A stretch of DNA of 44,086 nt from Myxococcota bacterium (GTDB taxonomy: Bacteria; Myxococcota_A; UBA9160; PR03): positions 1 through 44,086 of the forward strand of contig JBFGJV010000001.1 of NCBI GenBank assembly GCA_041577015.1, given 5' to 3'. Made by a program: the position numbers and the translations under genes. Below are positions 43,215 to 44,086 of this stretch, piece by piece. Below the pieces are notes generated by a model, which saw only the letters and a list, made by a program, of their open reading frames with translations, was not told the DNA's origin and ran no database searches. How positions within the stretch are numbered: the stretch's first letter is position 1; each line of letters begins with the position of its first letter.

Positions 43215-43862
43215 ATGCTGGTGCGTCACTTCATGACCCGGGACATCGTGGCGCTGGAGGAGAGCGAGCGCTGCGTGGACGCCTACGAGCTCTTCCGCGC
43301 CAAGCGCATGCGGCGCGCTCCCGTCGTTCGCGACGGCAGGGTCGTCGGGATGATCTCCGACCGCGACCTGCTGCGGGCCCTGCCGTGGAGCCTCGCCGAG
43401 AAGAAGGAGGTGGACGCCAGCCGCGACCTCTCCCACACCGTGGGCGAGTACATGGCTCGCAACATCGTCTCGGTGACGCCGCGCACTCACCTCGAGGATG
43501 TCGCCCGCCTGATGCTGGAGCACAAGATCGGCGGCCTCCCCGTGATCGACGACGGCAAGCTGGTGGGGATCATCACCGAGTCGGACATCTTCCGGATCTT
43601 CGTGCGCATGAGCCTCCAGGCGCACGGCACGCGTATCACCCTGCAAGCCCCCGGCGGCGCCGAGGAGGGACCCGACCCGCTCGAGGCATGTCGGGACCCG
43701 GGCCAGCACCTGAGCGGGCTCGCGCGCTACACGAGCCCGGCCGGCACGACGATGATGACGCTCCACGTCACCGGACCCGGGTCGGAGGGGCTGCCCGAGC
43801 GCCTGCGCGACATGGGCTTCGTGCTGATCGACGTGCAGCGCCCCGGGCGCGAAGAGGCCTAG
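43215..43862 (+). CDS. CBS-domain pair protein with a C-terminal ACT-like extension (AcuB-like)
   Basis: 215 aa. It has two CBS repeats: MTRDIVAL...APVVRDGRVVGMISDRDLL, and MARNIVSVTP...GGLPVIDDGKLVGIITESDIF. Confidence 0.8.
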   Translation: MLVRHFMTRDIVALEESERCVDAYELFRAKRMRRAPVVRDGRVVGMISDRDLLRALPWSLAEKKEVDASRDLSHTVGEYMARNIVSVTPRTHLEDVARLMLEHKIGGLPVIDDGKLVGIITESDIFRIFVRMSLQAHGTRITLQAPGGAEEGPDPLEACRDPGQHLSGLARYTSPAGTTMMTLHVTGPGSEGLPERLRDMGFVLIDVQRPGREEA

Positions 43863-44026
43863 GAGCCCGACCCGAGACGGGCGCGCCGTCCGGACGCCGA
43901 TCCATCGCCGTTGCCTGCGTTGCGCTCCCTGCGCCATAGCCCTGCTATGGCTCGGTCGCGCGCCTGGGCAACGGCGCGTCTCGGCGCCCGGGCCTTCCCG
44001 CGCCCGTCTCGGGTCAGGCTCCTAGG
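43858..44026. repeat. 169-bp imperfect palindrome (REP/MITE-like or giant hairpin) at a probable convergent gene junction
   Basis: The outer arms are 43858-43885 (CCTAGGAGCCCGACCCGAGACGGGCGCG) and 43999-44026, complementary at 27 of 28 positions. Inner arms: CGCCGTTGCC (43906-43915) with GGCAACGGCG (43967-43976), and GCCATAGC (43933-43940) with GCTATGGC (43944-43951). The element is centred at 43942. Confidence 0.7.
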
Positions 44027-44086
44027 ACGCGCCGGCGTCGCGCCGGGTGCGCCGGCGCCGACGCGCGGAGGCGGGCCCCTCCGTGG

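Noticed and set aside
1-44086. A search for CRISPR arrays, tRNA or rRNA genes, transposases, integrases, phage genes and toxin-antitoxin or known defence-system genes.
   Set aside because: No regularly spaced direct repeats, no cloverleaf-compatible intergenic segments (most spacers are under 130 nt) and no recognisable mobile-element or defence-protein motifs were seen. The window looks like core chromosome.

Overview
Very GC-rich bacterial chromosomal DNA (GC not computed, and I cannot assign a lineage). Lipobox lipoproteins, a YhcB/ZapG-like protein and a type IV pilin suggest a diderm organism. The window is densely packed with about 45 protein-coding genes. I saw no rRNA, tRNA, CRISPR array, transposase, integrase or phage genes.

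Left to right, the content is:
- a truncated PlsB-like acyltransferase, a CoA-transferase, a membrane alpha/beta hydrolase, a GPH/MFS symporter, an AGCS symporter and an EamA transporter;
- a CYTH (CyaB-like) protein, YhcB, PolX, a hydrolase+VOC pair, an acyl-CoA dehydrogenase and ChaC;
- a three-gene operon with two alpha/beta-fold proteins and a Coq4-like HDxxH protein;
- a frameshifted EAL-HDOD gene, asd and a dodecin gene;
- a trp attenuator followed by fused trpE(G), a SpoU-type methyltransferase and pdxH;
- a tightly coupled PspC / ECF sigma / ZAS anti-sigma / PspC cassette followed by a pilin gene;
- a VOC protein, an SDR and a 2OG-oxygenase-like orphan;
- an envelope island of hydrolases and lipoproteins: membrane protein, amidohydrolase, ceramidase-like lipoprotein, alpha/beta-hydrolase lipoprotein, orphan lipoprotein, metallophosphoesterase lipoprotein, a 515-aa secreted protein and an HExxH membrane protein;
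- OsmC, arfB, a VKOR-DsbA fusion, a Ski2-like helicase, a small charged protein, a frameshifted GltB-like FMN enzyme and a CBS-pair protein;
- a 169-bp imperfect palindrome at the right edge.

Many long listed ORFs are off-frame or antisense artefacts typical of high-GC DNA.

I cannot point to one proven novel system. The best candidates are the zinc-ribbon-PspC / ECF sigma / anti-sigma / PspC cassette, the Coq4-like operon and the lipoprotein-hydrolase island. The clearest signal missing from the ORF track is the tandem-Trp leader peptide and attenuator upstream of trpE(G). Both frameshifts sit in or beside homopolymer runs, so sequence quality needs checking. All family assignments come from motif recognition by eye, not from searches.
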